A DNA stretch of 62,677 nt, filler included, from Chiloscyllium plagiosum (taxonomy: Eukaryota): the NCBI RefSeq assembly GCF_004010195.1. It is 3 parts of one record of this genome, joined end to end, with 100 filler letters (N's around TTAATTAATTAA, not from the genome) between each part and the next. Parts side by side here need not be neighbours in the genome. Positions count along the whole stretch, not along the records: positions 1 to 17,166 come from NC_057714.1; positions 17,267 to 42,477 come from NC_057714.1; 1 more part is not named here. One strand, written 5' to 3'. This document shows positions 12,110 through 23,104 of the stretch, piece after piece. How positions within the stretch are numbered: the stretch's first letter is position 1; the number at the start of each line of letters is the position of its first letter. Position numbers and translations under genes: made by a program. The notes under the pieces are model-generated. The model saw only the letters and a list, made by a program, of their open reading frames with translations. It did no database searches and had not been told where the DNA came from.

Positions 12110-12317
12110 CTGAAAAGGGAGGTGAATAATTATAATCGCAGTAGGAAAAGAAAGTGAAAGAAAAAAATCAGCATTTGAAAGAATCAAGCAATGTTTACAA
12201 AATTATGAAGCGCAGCTAATCAAAATGTTCTGACATTTAACCTTCCAAAATGAATATAAAAAGACAGCACAGATTTCACCACATCAATGGTTCATTCTGC
12301 TTGTCTCTTACCTACAA

Positions 12318-12413
12318 TTTGGAGATACCACCTGATGAAGGAGAAGCGCTCCGAAAGCTAGTGCTTCCAAATAAACCCGTTGGACTATAACCTGGTGTTG
12401 TGTGATTTTTAAC
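12318..12413 (+). mobile_element. Short PLE pLTR insertion (family 2) with an 11-bp target-site duplication
   Basis: Matches the termini of 44700-47030. Flanked by cttacctacaa (12307-12317) and cttacccacaa (12414-12424). Confidence 0.8.
12328..12363 (+). ncRNA. Minimal hammerhead ribozyme motif (PLE type), intact core
   Basis: CAC-CUGAUGA-A-GGAG-aagcg-CUCC-GAA-AGCU-A-GUG. Helix I CAC/GUG, helix II GGAG/CUCC, palindromic AGCU helix III. Confidence 0.7.
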
Positions 12414-12418
12414 CTTAC

Positions 12419-13934
12419 CCACAAGATTGTGTTGTGCACGTCCCATTGTGCTGGGAATTGAAAGACAACAAAATAACTCAGCACTAATTGTTGTAAGGTC
12501 AAGTCTAGACTCAGGTGAGTTAACAGTAATAGCCTTTATTGGACGTAACTATGTACGATGAATAGTGAGAGAGGGCATTTTCTGGAACTGCATGAAAGCA
12601 GCTTCTAGTTTCATGGGAGTTAACATCACTGTAACATAGCACTTTACATGTATGCACAGAATGTATGGACTCCCTTGCCATTGTCCTGGAATGTGATCAC
12701 TGGATTCGCTGTTTTGCACTACAACTCATCTTCTCTCTGAGCAACCTCGGAACTAATCAAGGAAAAAGTGATTGAAGAGGCCACCCTCCAGCATCTGAAC
12801 TATTACAACCTCTGAAAGAGGAAGATGATCAACTGACATCCTGTCTCTGTGGTGGCAGAGATAAATGGATGAATGAAAAGAAGAGCAAAGAGCCACCAAA
12901 TCATAAGGGAAGAAGAACATCCCCACATGACAGTAAGGAATGCACTTTCGATATATATTAGTGTTAGGGCCACACTTGCTTTACTGTGACTCTGCTCGGC
13001 AGACAGAGTGACTATCGTTGTCATCCTGGTGCATTGATTGTAGCAAAAGGTTTTCCTCATCTAATGGTTCACAGTGATGCTGGAGCTCTGTGAATATTTC
13101 TGTAAAAGGGGATTTATTGTCCATCCAGCTATTTCTTTGTTGTATCAATTGGATGAGAACACTTACTTTATAGTGTTGTATGACTGCTAATAGCTTGAGT
13201 TTTAAGTTAGCAGCCTCTTTCGAAATGGAATATCCCAATGCTTATTTAATTTTGATCAAGTTTCTATTGATGCTGAACCAAAAGCTTCTCCAAGTACCCC
13301 ACATCTCTAGCAGCTCGACAGTTAGGACCTTCACTACTTTACTGAAAGGTCTTTTGAATGTTTCCGTAGCTTGATCAGACTCAATTACTGTTTCCAGCTA
13401 CCATGTCAGCGCATTAACAATTCCTGAATGTTGACTATAGGTATGATCTAGTTTGGACTTAAACATATCCCTTCCCAAAGATAGTTTTCCATTAACAGTT
13501 TGCAGTTGCTGAATGAGCACTTCATGGTTTGTTTCAAAGGCGTAACATCTTTTTCTGAGACTACTTTACATCTTTGTAACCTTTGCTGAAAAGAGGAATG
13601 ACTTTACTCAAAAGTTATAGCAAAGATTTCACAAACAGTGGCATTCACATCCAAGATTATAGCAAGGGTACAATATTTACTTTCACTAAATGAACAGCGT
13701 GAGTCTCGTGTTCCTTTCTGTCCTGAAAGAACAAACTTAGGTCTTGAATGCCCTGCCCTCTCATAGCTAATCACCTACATCTTTGGGGCACCCAGCAAGC
13801 AACCCCCAACTGTTTATAGCTTTCCTTTTGAGAGAAATGTAGGATCTGCATTACGTTTTGCTAGTCCTTGGGGTGGAGTTTCTGTCATGGTGATTCTCAG
13901 TACACTGAGTCAACTGCAGTGCTTCCTGTGCTTA
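12419..13934 (-). pseudogene. Large decayed exon 'block A' of the nested pseudogene
   Basis: Acceptor ttctttatttag| and donor TGG|gtaagg. Long protein-like frames broken by scattered stops (IILDVNATVCEIFAITFE*, ETFKRPFSKVVKVLTVELLEMWGTWRSFWFSINRNLIKIK*ALGYSISKEAANLKLKLLAVIQHYK..., MFFFPYDLVALC, SVDHLPLSEVV, VITFQDNG). Collinear similarity to 2250-5050. Confidence 0.6.
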
Positions 13935-14134
13935 CTAAATAAAGAATATACAGAGCTACACAAGCATCTCCACTTAAGAAAGAAGTGTAATGATTATGTT
14001 TGACGAACAATGTTTCCATGATCTTTCTTCCAATTTAGCACAGTATAGCATGGTTCTATTTTCTCACTCTAATGTTAACACCTTCTGTGCTCCAATGTTG
14101 AATGGAATATGGCCTTAGAATAATTTTTTACCTA

Positions 14135-14683
14135 TCATGCTGCAACTATACAAAACGCTGGTGCGGCCACACTTGTACAGTTCTGATCCGCATATTTCGG
14201 GAAGGATGTGGAAGCATTGGAAAAGGTGCAGAGGAGATTTACCAGGATGTTGCCTGGTCTGGAGGGAAGGTCTTATGAGGAAAGGCTGAGTGACTTGAAC
14301 CTGTTCTCATTGGCAAGAAGAAGGCTAAGAGGGGATTTGATGGAGACCTACAAGATGATCAGAGGATAAGATAAGGTAGACTTTGAAAGTCTTTTTCCTA
14401 GGATGATGACGTCAGCGTGTACAAGGGGGCGTAACTACAAATTGAGGGGTGATAGATTTAAGGCAGATGTCAGAGGCAGGTTCTTTGTGCAGAGAGTGGT
14501 AAGGGCGTGGAATGTCCTACCTGCTAATGTAGTCAACTCAGCCACATTAGAGAGATTTAAATCCTTGGATAAGCACATGGATGATTTTGGGATAGTGTAG
14601 GGGGACGAGCTGAGAATAGTTCACAGGTCGACGCAACATCGAGGGCCGAAGGGCCTGTTCTGCGCTGTATTGTTCTATGTTCT
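14135..14683 (+). mobile_element. CR1/HER1-type LINE 3' end
   Basis: RT C-terminus (TRGRNYKLRGDRFKADVRGRFFVQRVVRAWNVLP) and tail gggccgaagggcctgttctgcgctgtattgttctatgttct. Confidence 0.92.
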
Positions 14684-14957
14684 TTCTATTCTTTGTTCTC
14701 AACATGGTGTTGCGCCTGAAAGAATAGATACGTCTGCCTTATCCATTTAAAATAGGTTTTCTTGCCTGTGACCATGGTATCTGTGTGTCTGTGAAATCAG
14801 CTAAGTTGAAAGCCTGTTGTGGGGGAGCAATATTCTCTCCTCCACCCCTCCCCTCACTTAAAATAAAATCCTGTTAATCCTCAGTGTCCTCTAATGTTTG
14901 ATACTTCTAAAGAGTTATGGTCTATTTTTAATCCTCTGTGATACTGGCTGGGCCTAC

Positions 14958-15370
14958 CTGTAGTTAGTGGGATCTCCTAATGGCGATGACCACACCCCAT
15001 TTCCTCATGCCCTTTCCATTGGTGAACTTTCTGACCACTCGTTTCTTCCTCTACTCTAAAGACTTCTGATTTACTGTCATGTTATAATCACTGCAGCCAA
15101 TTGATGTTCCTGGCAGCTTGGTGTGTTGTGTGCTGTGGGCAATGAATGCAATCAGGCTGCATGAAATCTCACCTTCTGTCAGCCAGTAGATTCCAGAAGT
15201 CGCAAAATGTTTTTCTCCTTCTTTGATGGCCAGTTCGTATCTCACCAAAGAGTTAGGCTTAAAGCAGATCAAAAGAGTTTAGCTCATACTTCCACAACAT
15301 TTGAAGAAATGTAAACTAAGAGGTTGTTAGTGAAAGGATTCGACTGTCAGTGACCGTAGAATGTACAATA
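14958..15370 (-). pseudogene. Candidate decayed exon (most upstream seen) of a nested pseudogene
   Basis: Acceptor-like tttatttctgctttattgctag| and donor-like CAG|gtaggc. Protein-like but stop-interrupted frames (LQMLWKYELNSFDLL*A*LFGEIRTGHQRRRKTFCDFWNLLADRR*DFMQPDCIHCPQH). No repeat signature recognised. Confidence 0.3.
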
Positions 15371-16707
15371 CTAGCAATAAAGCAGAAATAAAATCAAGCG
15401 CTCCCTCAACACCTCATGTCAGTTGAGTCATCACTCTGTACCTAACCAGCCAGGGCTGTTCAAAATTAATTCATAGAAAGAGTGGGTTCACGAGATTTCC
15501 GTCACATTACAGGAATTGTCAGTGTAAACACGTGGTGCTGGTTCCCAGATACCAGTCTCCCAGCTTCTGAACTAAAACAGCAATAGGAGAGCCGTCAATC
15601 ATGTTCCCGGTCAATTAGTATGGCTGCACTTCATTGTGACAAATTCATGGCTAAACTGGGGTTTCTATCAAAGTGCCCCATTACCAATTAACAGCTTGTC
15701 TGGACAGGAGAAATATCTGCCAGCAACCATTAGCATATCAAAAAAGTCAAAGACTGAACACCCATAATGGGGTCAATTGTCTGAATGTCTCTGGTAGTGG
15801 TGGAGCCTGCGGCTAGTGTCAAGTGAAAATGATACAATTCAAATATAACTGAAACATATAAATGAAACTGACCTATGAGTCACGGTTCTGCTGATGACAA
15901 TATAAATTTTTTTAAAAAATCTACTTAGAGTAAATTAATGCATGACTGTAGATTTTCCAATGAAAGTGATTGCTTGGAAATACACAGCAAATTGTAAAGG
16001 CTGACACTAGGTGCCAGTGTAGCTTGCCAAAAGAAACACCTGGATGTGCCTTGCTTTAACTACAGTCATTATAATTAAAAAGTGCACATTCAACCCTGAC
16101 AGAGATTGGTCTCTGTTTGCTCGTTACCACAGTGGGCTCTCACAAGAACAAGTTTAACAAATTTGCTTGTGGAGTTTTGTAAAATATGCCTCATATTGTC
16201 GACAGTGAATATACAGGAAAAATATGTAAAGATGATAAATGTGAAGTAGAAAATGGGATGAAATCAAACTAACCTCACATTGGGAGGCAGGCGAATAAAA
16301 GGCATAAGATGTAACTCACATTAAAAGTTGGTACAAAAATTAATTTGGAACATCCTTGTGAGAATTTTATGCATTACATTCTAACAGAAAAATTAGTAAA
16401 TATTATATATATTTTTTGGATCTGCTGCATCGAAAGAAATGAAACACATTGCCACAGGTCTCCTTTGTAAAAACAATAAAGATTTACAATAATTCACCCA
16501 TACAGGGTGTTCAGTGGTTTATATAAAACAGTAGAGGAACAGTTAGGTCCATCATGCAGAGGTGAAGGTTAATGCCTCATTTAAACTATTCTACATGTTC
16601 TCATTAACCATGTAATACACCCAGCACTGTGGGACAGGAGAAGACACACACACACACATGCATATACACAGACAGACACACACCATACTCAGGCACATAC
16701 ACACACA

Positions 16708-17013
16708 CACTGCTGCCTCACAGCACCAGGGACCCAGGTTCGATTCCAGCCTTGGGCTACTGTCTGTGTGGAGTTTGCACATTCTCCCCGTGTCTGCGTG
16801 GGTTTTCTCCGGGTGCTCCGGTTTCCTTCCACGGTCCAAAGATGTGCAGGTAAAGTGAATAGGCCATGCTAAATTGCCCCATAGTGTTAGGTGCATGAGT
16901 CAGAGGGAAATGGGTCTGGGTGGGTTACTCATCGGAGGGTCGGTGTGGACTGGTTGGGCTGAAGGGCCTGTTTCCACACTGTAGGGAATGGAATGGAATC
17001 TAATCTAATCTAA
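16708..17013 (+). mobile_element. HE1 SINE, 5' truncated
   Basis: Same body and (aatct)n tail as 10642-10960. Confidence 0.9.
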
Positions 17014-17122
17014 AGACACACACCGCACACAGACTGCAAACATAGGTCACACTCAGACACAGCTGCACGCACATGTGCACAGAGACCACACACAAAATAC
17101 ACAATTGTACACTTGCACCTGC

Positions 17123-17123
<1 letters not shown>

Positions 17124-17166
<43 letters not shown>
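17124..17166. repeat. (CA)n microsatellite running into an assembly gap
   Basis: About 21 CA units. Confidence 0.95.
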
Positions 17167-17266
17167 NNNNNNNNNNNNNNNNNNNNNNNNNNNNNNNNNN
17201 NNNNNNNNNNTTAATTAATTAANNNNNNNNNNNNNNNNNNNNNNNNNNNNNNNNNNNNNNNNNNNN

Positions 17267-17500
17267 CCCTTTGGATTCTCCTTAATTCTATTTGCCAAAG
17301 CTATCTCATGTCCCCATTTTGCCCTCCTGATTTCCCTCTTAAGTATACTCCTACTTTCTTTATACTCTTCTAAGGATTCACTCGATCTATCCTGTCTGTA
17401 CCTGACATATGCTTCCTTCTTTTTCTTAACCAAACCCTTAATTTCTTTAGTCATCCAGCATTCCCTATACCTACCAGTCTTCCCTTTCACCATGACAGGA
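17267..17500 (-). mobile_element. CR1-type LINE ORF2 fragment
   Basis: WMTKEIKGLVKKKKEAYVRY...ALANRIKENPK, the same family as 23105-25357. Confidence 0.9.
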
Positions 17501-18185
17501 ATCATCAAAGGATATGACACCCCTTGACATTCATTGGCATTGCTATCAACATCCTGGGGCATCAATGCTAAAGAGCAATTTAACTGGACCAGCCATGGAA
17601 ATATGAAGGCTATAACATCAGATCAGAGGCTAGAAGTCCAGCAGCATATAACCCATCTCCTGACTCCTCAGTGCCAGTCCATCATTTACAAGGCACAAGT
17701 CAGGGGTGTGATAGAATTCCTCCAACAACACCCAAGGCTTGACATCCAGGATAAAGCAGCTCATTTGATTGGGACCACATCCACAAACATTCAATTTCTC
17801 CACCACTAATGTTCAGTAGCAGCAATTTGTACTATCTACAGGATGTATGGCAGGAATTGATCAAGGCTCCTTAGGCAGCACCTTCCATCCCATGGCCACT
17901 GCATCTACAACTGCAAGGGCAGCAAATACACAGGAACATCCACCACCTACAAGTTCCACTCTAAACAACTCAGCATCCCAACATGGAAATATATCACCAT
18001 TCCTTCACAGTTGCCAGATCAAGATCCTGGAACTTCCTGCCCAACACCATTTTGAATCTCCCTAAACTGAATGGACTGAGAGAGTTCAAGGCAGCAGTTC
18101 ACCACCACCTTCTCAAAGGCAACTAGGGATAGACAATAAATGCCGGCCCAATCAACAAAGCCTACATCCCATGAATAATTAAAAA
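17500..18185 (+). mobile_element. Non-LTR retrotransposon 3' end (same family as 7915-8932)
   Basis: IYKAQVRGVIE...LDIQDKAAHLIG, with 3' end caccaccaccttctcaaaggcaactagggat...catcccatgaat. Confidence 0.85.
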
Positions 18186-19278
18186 CTTGCCCTATATCTT
18201 CAAAAAAAAAGTGTAATTGAATTAATCAAGCATGATTCGATTTTTACAAACCACCATTCAAATCAAGTGACTTACCAAAGAGTAAGCAGCCTTTCAAATA
18301 CCTTCCCCATCTCAATTTGTACCCTCTCCATTAATTCTACACTTTCTGTTTTTATAGATATTTTGCCAGATTCCTCCTCTTTGTAAAACACTTATACAAA
18401 GGATTAATTAAAAACTCTATCCTTACCCTGCACTTTTAAGTTATATACATGTGATATTGTTTGTCCCCAACAGTGCCCACTGCATGTCTTACTTATCTAT
18501 TTCCTGTTTATATGCTGATAGAAGTTTTTAGGTTACCTTTCACATTAACTGTGATTTTATTCACATTTTTCTCCTTCCAAGTCTTGTTTTACTCTTCATC
18601 TCTTGTCCCAACCTTAAGTATTTGACCTGGTTTTCATTCAAAGAATTATCTGGCATGCACTGCACACCTTTTTCCATTTCATATCATCTTTATCTTCCTT
18701 GTAACTTGAGGAGCCCTGTTTTTGGTTGCCCTACCTTTCACCTCCAATGGAATGTACATGCTTTATGCCTGAAACAATCCTTCCTTAAAAGACCACCAAT
18801 TGCTCCTTTACACTTCTTTCCTTTACTTTTTGGTTCTATTTTATCTTGGTTAAACCCCTTAGTTGTCACATTGAAATGATCCCTTTCCCATCTAAGTTTT
18901 TAACTTGATATTGCTCCCTGTTTTTCTCAATTACTGATCTTACCCATTTGATCACTCTTAATCACGATTTCATTCACATGGCCACCTTATTTCTCAGCAC
19001 CAGATCAAGTAATACCTCATTTCCACTGGACCATGAACATACTGGTTAAGGAGGTTGTCCAAAACACATTTCAAAAATTTATCTCCATTCTTATCGTTTA
19101 TTCTAACATTATTCTAATCAGTACTTAGATAATTAAAGTCCCCCAATATTACAGTTAACAAATTTTGCACATCTGTGATCTCCCTGAGGATTTGCAGATA
19201 TCTCTCTCTCCCTCATATTGGGAAACATACAGAATCTAGCCAGTAAGAAAATTATATCCTTGTTGCTTCTTAATTCTA

Positions 19279-19823
19279 GGAGAAAGTGAGGACTGCAGAT
19301 GCTGGAGATCATAGCTGAAAATGTGTTGCTGGAAAAGTGCAGGTCAGGCAGCATCCAAGGAGCAGGAGAATCGACATTTCAGGCATGAGCCGTTTCCCGC
19401 CGTACCAACCAGTACCCTTCCACTGACACCCTCCTTCGACTGACTTAACTGGTCCCACCGAACTCATCTCTGCATACCTCGACACGGTCCTGTCCCCCTT
19501 AGTCCAAGAACTCCCCACCTACGTTCGGGACACCACCCACGCCCTCCACCTCCTCCATGATTTTCGCTTCCCCGGTCCCCAACGCCTTATCTTCACCATG
19601 GACATCCAGTCCCTGTACACCTCCATCTCCCATCACGAAGGACTCAAAGCCCTCTGCTTCTTCCTTTCCCGCCGTACCAACCAGCACCCTTCCACTGACA
19701 CCCTCCTTTGACTGACTGAACTGGTCCTGATTCCTGAAGAAGGGCTCATGCCCAAAACGTCGATTCTCCTGCTCCTTGGATGCTGCCTGACCTGCTGCGC
19801 TTTTCCAGCAACACATTTTCAGC
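19279..19823. mobile_element. Rearranged PLE (family 1): inverted pLTR, RT fragment, then pLTR
   Basis: The plus-strand frame reads ELISAYLDTVLSPLVQELPTYVRDTTHALHLLHDFRFPGPQRLIFTMDIQSLYTSI (PLE RT). The pLTRs are inverted relative to each other. TSD-like gcttct[t/c]aattcta on both sides. Confidence 0.9.
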
Positions 19824-20489
19824 TTCTCAATTCTAAGTAAGCGAATTATATCCTTGCCTTCTCAGTGCCATCCCCTCTTCCCAATAACACAATATGTTCT
19901 CAAATCAGTACTGCCACCCCACCTTCTTTCTCATTTCACAGATATGTTTAAAGAACCTGTTCAGATATATGGTGGCTCACATCTGGAGCAGGTAGGACTT
20001 GAACCTTGATGTCTCAGAAGTAGCCATGTTTTAGTTAATGCCGTTACATCATGTTTCCACATAGCTTTCTGAGCTTGTTACTCACCAGTCTTATTCACAA
20101 CACTTTGTGCATTGGAATTGTATTTACACTCACCACAGTCCTCCATCATTTGCCCCTATCTAATATGGAACTGCTACCATCTCTAGTACTGCCTTTCACT
20201 TAGTATATTGTATTCTTCTTTTCTAATTCTATACGCGAGTGACCAACTTCCTATTGGTTTAGTTTAAGTCTTGTCAACCACACTCATAAACCTCACTACA
20301 AGGGCAATGGTCCCTATATCTATTGATGTGCAACCTGTTCCATTTGAATAGATGTCATCTGCTACAGAACTGGTCACAATGCCCAAACAGTCTCAAGTTC
20401 TCCCTCCTGCACCATGTCATAAAACATGTGGAGGGGGTCAACATCCTCTTATGTGTGGCACTATCAGTAATCCAGAGATTACTACTTTT

Positions 20490-20700
20490 AGGTGTGTTGG
20501 TTAGCTCAGTTGGATAGATAGGGTGTAATATAGAGTAATGCAAACAGCATAGGTTCAGTTCCCGCATTGGCTGAGGTTACAATGAAGGCCTCTCCTTCTC
20601 AATCTGTCCCCTCACCTGAGGCATGGTGACCCTCAACACCACAAGTTATCTCTCTCTAATGGGAAGGCAGCCCTGTGGTCTGGTAAGACTATGGTGACTC
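20490..20700 (+). mobile_element. Old tRNA-derived SINE
   Basis: ttagctcagttgg (A box), aggttcagttcc (B box) and tail ctctctctaatgggaaggcagccc. Homologous to 4283-4485. Confidence 0.65.
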
Positions 20701-21337
20701 TACCTTTGAGGTCCTACTTATTAGCTTCCTATCTAGCGCCTGGAAATCTAACTATGATCTCGATATGAGCCTTCTCTCTCACTAGTACCAATTAGTAGCA
20801 CAACTTTGAGCTGACTCCGTTCCCCTTGCAAAATATTCTACACCCTCTCGGTGCTGTTCTTCATCTGGACACCATGGAAGGAAAAAACCATGCAGGACAC
20901 ATGATGTTTAAAGAAATGCCTGTCCACACCAAACTATAAAATCACCTGTAACATTACATTTATATGCTTTGTTGCAGTTTCATGCTCATTGATACCATGG
21001 ACTGACTGCAGTCCTTTAATAGTCTCCAGTACTGAGTACCTGTTTGAGGGTGGCACACACCTCAAAGACTCCTTTATATCCTACCCTTTTGGATGGCTTC
21101 CCAACTGTTATCCTGAACACTTATGGCCTATGTGGTGGCAGTCTCTCAGAACATATATTCTAGGAAGCTCTTTTCTTCCCTGATGCTCCGTCGTGACTCC
21201 AACTATCTGTCAGACTTGGGAATCTGACTTCACTTCATTTTCAGCTGAAGTGGCTTGGAACAGTTCCTGTCCATGAGGTTCCCCAAATCACACAAAGTAT
21301 CCCAATGATCCCAAGTGCTGTGCTATAATGGAATATA

Positions 21338-21830
21338 ATTTGATTTGATTTGATTTATTATTGTCACACGTACCTCGGTACAGTGAAGAGTTTTGTTTTG
21401 CATGCAGTACATGTAGATCATAACGTACGAAGATCATAGGGTGATTGAACAGAGCAAGGAATACAAAGTTACAGCTCCAAAGAAGGTGCACAAAAAATTA
21501 AGATAAACATTAGTTTTGAAATTTGAGAGGTCCATTCAGAAGTCTAATAATAGTGGGGAAGAATCTGTCCTTGAACTTGTGTTTAAGCTTTTGTATCTTC
21601 AGCTTATCGGGTGGAAGGGGTCTTTGATGATGCTGACTGCCTTTCTGAGGCAGCAAAAAGTGTAGATGGAGTCAATGGATGGAAGGATAGCTTTCATGAT
21701 TGATTGGGCTGTGTTCTCTCTGTAGTTTCTTATGGTCCTGGGCACAGCAGTTGTTGTACCAAGCTGTGATGCATCCAGAGAATAAGTTTTCTATAGTGCC
21801 TCTATAAGAGTTGGTGATGTTCCTTATGGA
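21338..21830 (-). mobile_element. Rex1/Babar-like LINE 3' end
   Basis: The reverse frame gives SGCITAWYNNC (gcagttgttgtaccaagctgtgatgcatccaga), with a (tttga)n tail at the left end. Confidence 0.7.
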
Positions 21831-22211
21831 CTATGTTAAACTACATTCCATAAGAAGTTAATTGTAATAGTTTGCAATGTCATCTTAGAGAAAGGGATAT
21901 ACACTCATGTGATTGGAGAGTCTAACAGAAAGTGGCATGGAAAAAAGTGTGCAGCAAATGTTCTTAAAACTATAAATGTGTTACAATAAAGCTGTTTAAT
22001 AGCTAGAGGGTTTTGAGACTGATTGAAACAATGCCAACACAACAGTAGAATAATACATGGTAACAAGCAACAAAAAGTTTGTGATAGAAAAATTTCTGCC
22101 TCGACCAGAGGGTTTCTAGAGAGTTTCAGGTCTTAAATCAGGCTGAAGTGTGACCAAAGTAACAGAAGATTTGAGTCCAGATTAACTGTTGATGGGCAGA
22201 AATTAAATATC

Positions 22212-22400
22212 GGAAATAGTAGGAATAGGCCATTCAGCCCCTTGAGCCTGCTCTGCCATTCAATATGATCATGGCTGATCATCCACTTCAGTAGCCTGTT
22301 CCTATTTTCTTCCCATACTTTTTGAATCCTTTAGGTCCAAGAACTATATCTAACTCCTTCTTGAAAACGTTCATTATTTTGGCATCAACCGCTTTCTGCA
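22212..22400 (-). mobile_element. CR1-type LINE 3' tail fragment
   Basis: aggaataggccattcagccccttgagcctgctctgccattcaatatgatcatggctgatc. Confidence 0.8.
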
Positions 22401-23104
22401 GAAGGCATGAGTGTGGGAATTATCCTGTTGAGCTCATGTAATGCTGCTGATGCCAAAGGACAGGGAATTTTCAGGTCATATGACACAGTAGAGGAAACAA
22501 GCAGGAAACTTAATTTTTTTTTTGAAGAGGTTTCACAGAAAAAAGAAAGACCATGAACTAGAAAACTCAGAAAATATTGAGATACCATTTTTTATTTCTC
22601 CGTGGAAGGAAATTACTAGAGTTCAGAGATCCCTGTAGAAGGTCACAGTATATACTTTAGATATCAGAGGAAGAGTTATAAAGTTTATCAGTAAAAGATC
22701 AAATCAGTTTCTGCTAAGGTATGATACTGGTTCCAAAGCCAAATGGTTACATATCAATTCAAAGCTGCAAAAAGAGAATTCCATCCAATGGATTCAGAAG
22801 ATGAGAGCTCAACAAAATTAGGGAAAAGGTCAACATTCTCTAAATTAGACACTAATCCTGAATTTTGAAAAATACCACTAGTAAAGGAGGAGGAATCCCA
22901 GCTTCTCACAACTTTCTTAACACTACCTGGATGATGTTGTTTTTAACTAATTAACTTTGGAATAACACCAGCAGGTATCGTTCAAAGAACATTGTCAGAT
23001 TTCTGAGAAAGTGTTGGGAACAAGTGCATCAGAAATAATTTGAAAAAATTAGGGAGAGAGAGAATGATTGATCTCATCAGAAATATTTGCATGTTACGTT
23101 GTTG

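Larger units (their letters stand above)
18200..21200 (-). mobile_element. Old, highly degraded CR1-type LINE hosting younger insertions
   Basis: Pyrimidine-rich plus strand with remnants of CR1 endonuclease/ORF1 segments (ttaaagtcccccaatat, ttagtttaagtc, cagaactggtcacaatgccc, gagtacctgtttgaggg). Confidence 0.5.

Noticed and set aside
11825..12157. 110-aa plus-strand ATG ORF
   Set aside because: Probably the antisense shadow of the minus-strand exon, which has the splice signals.
17167..17266. N-run with central ttaattaattaa (also at 42478-42577)
   Set aside because: An artificial scaffold spacer with stops in all six frames, not biological. The CR1 pieces on either side of the second gap are different subfamilies, so sequence is probably missing there.
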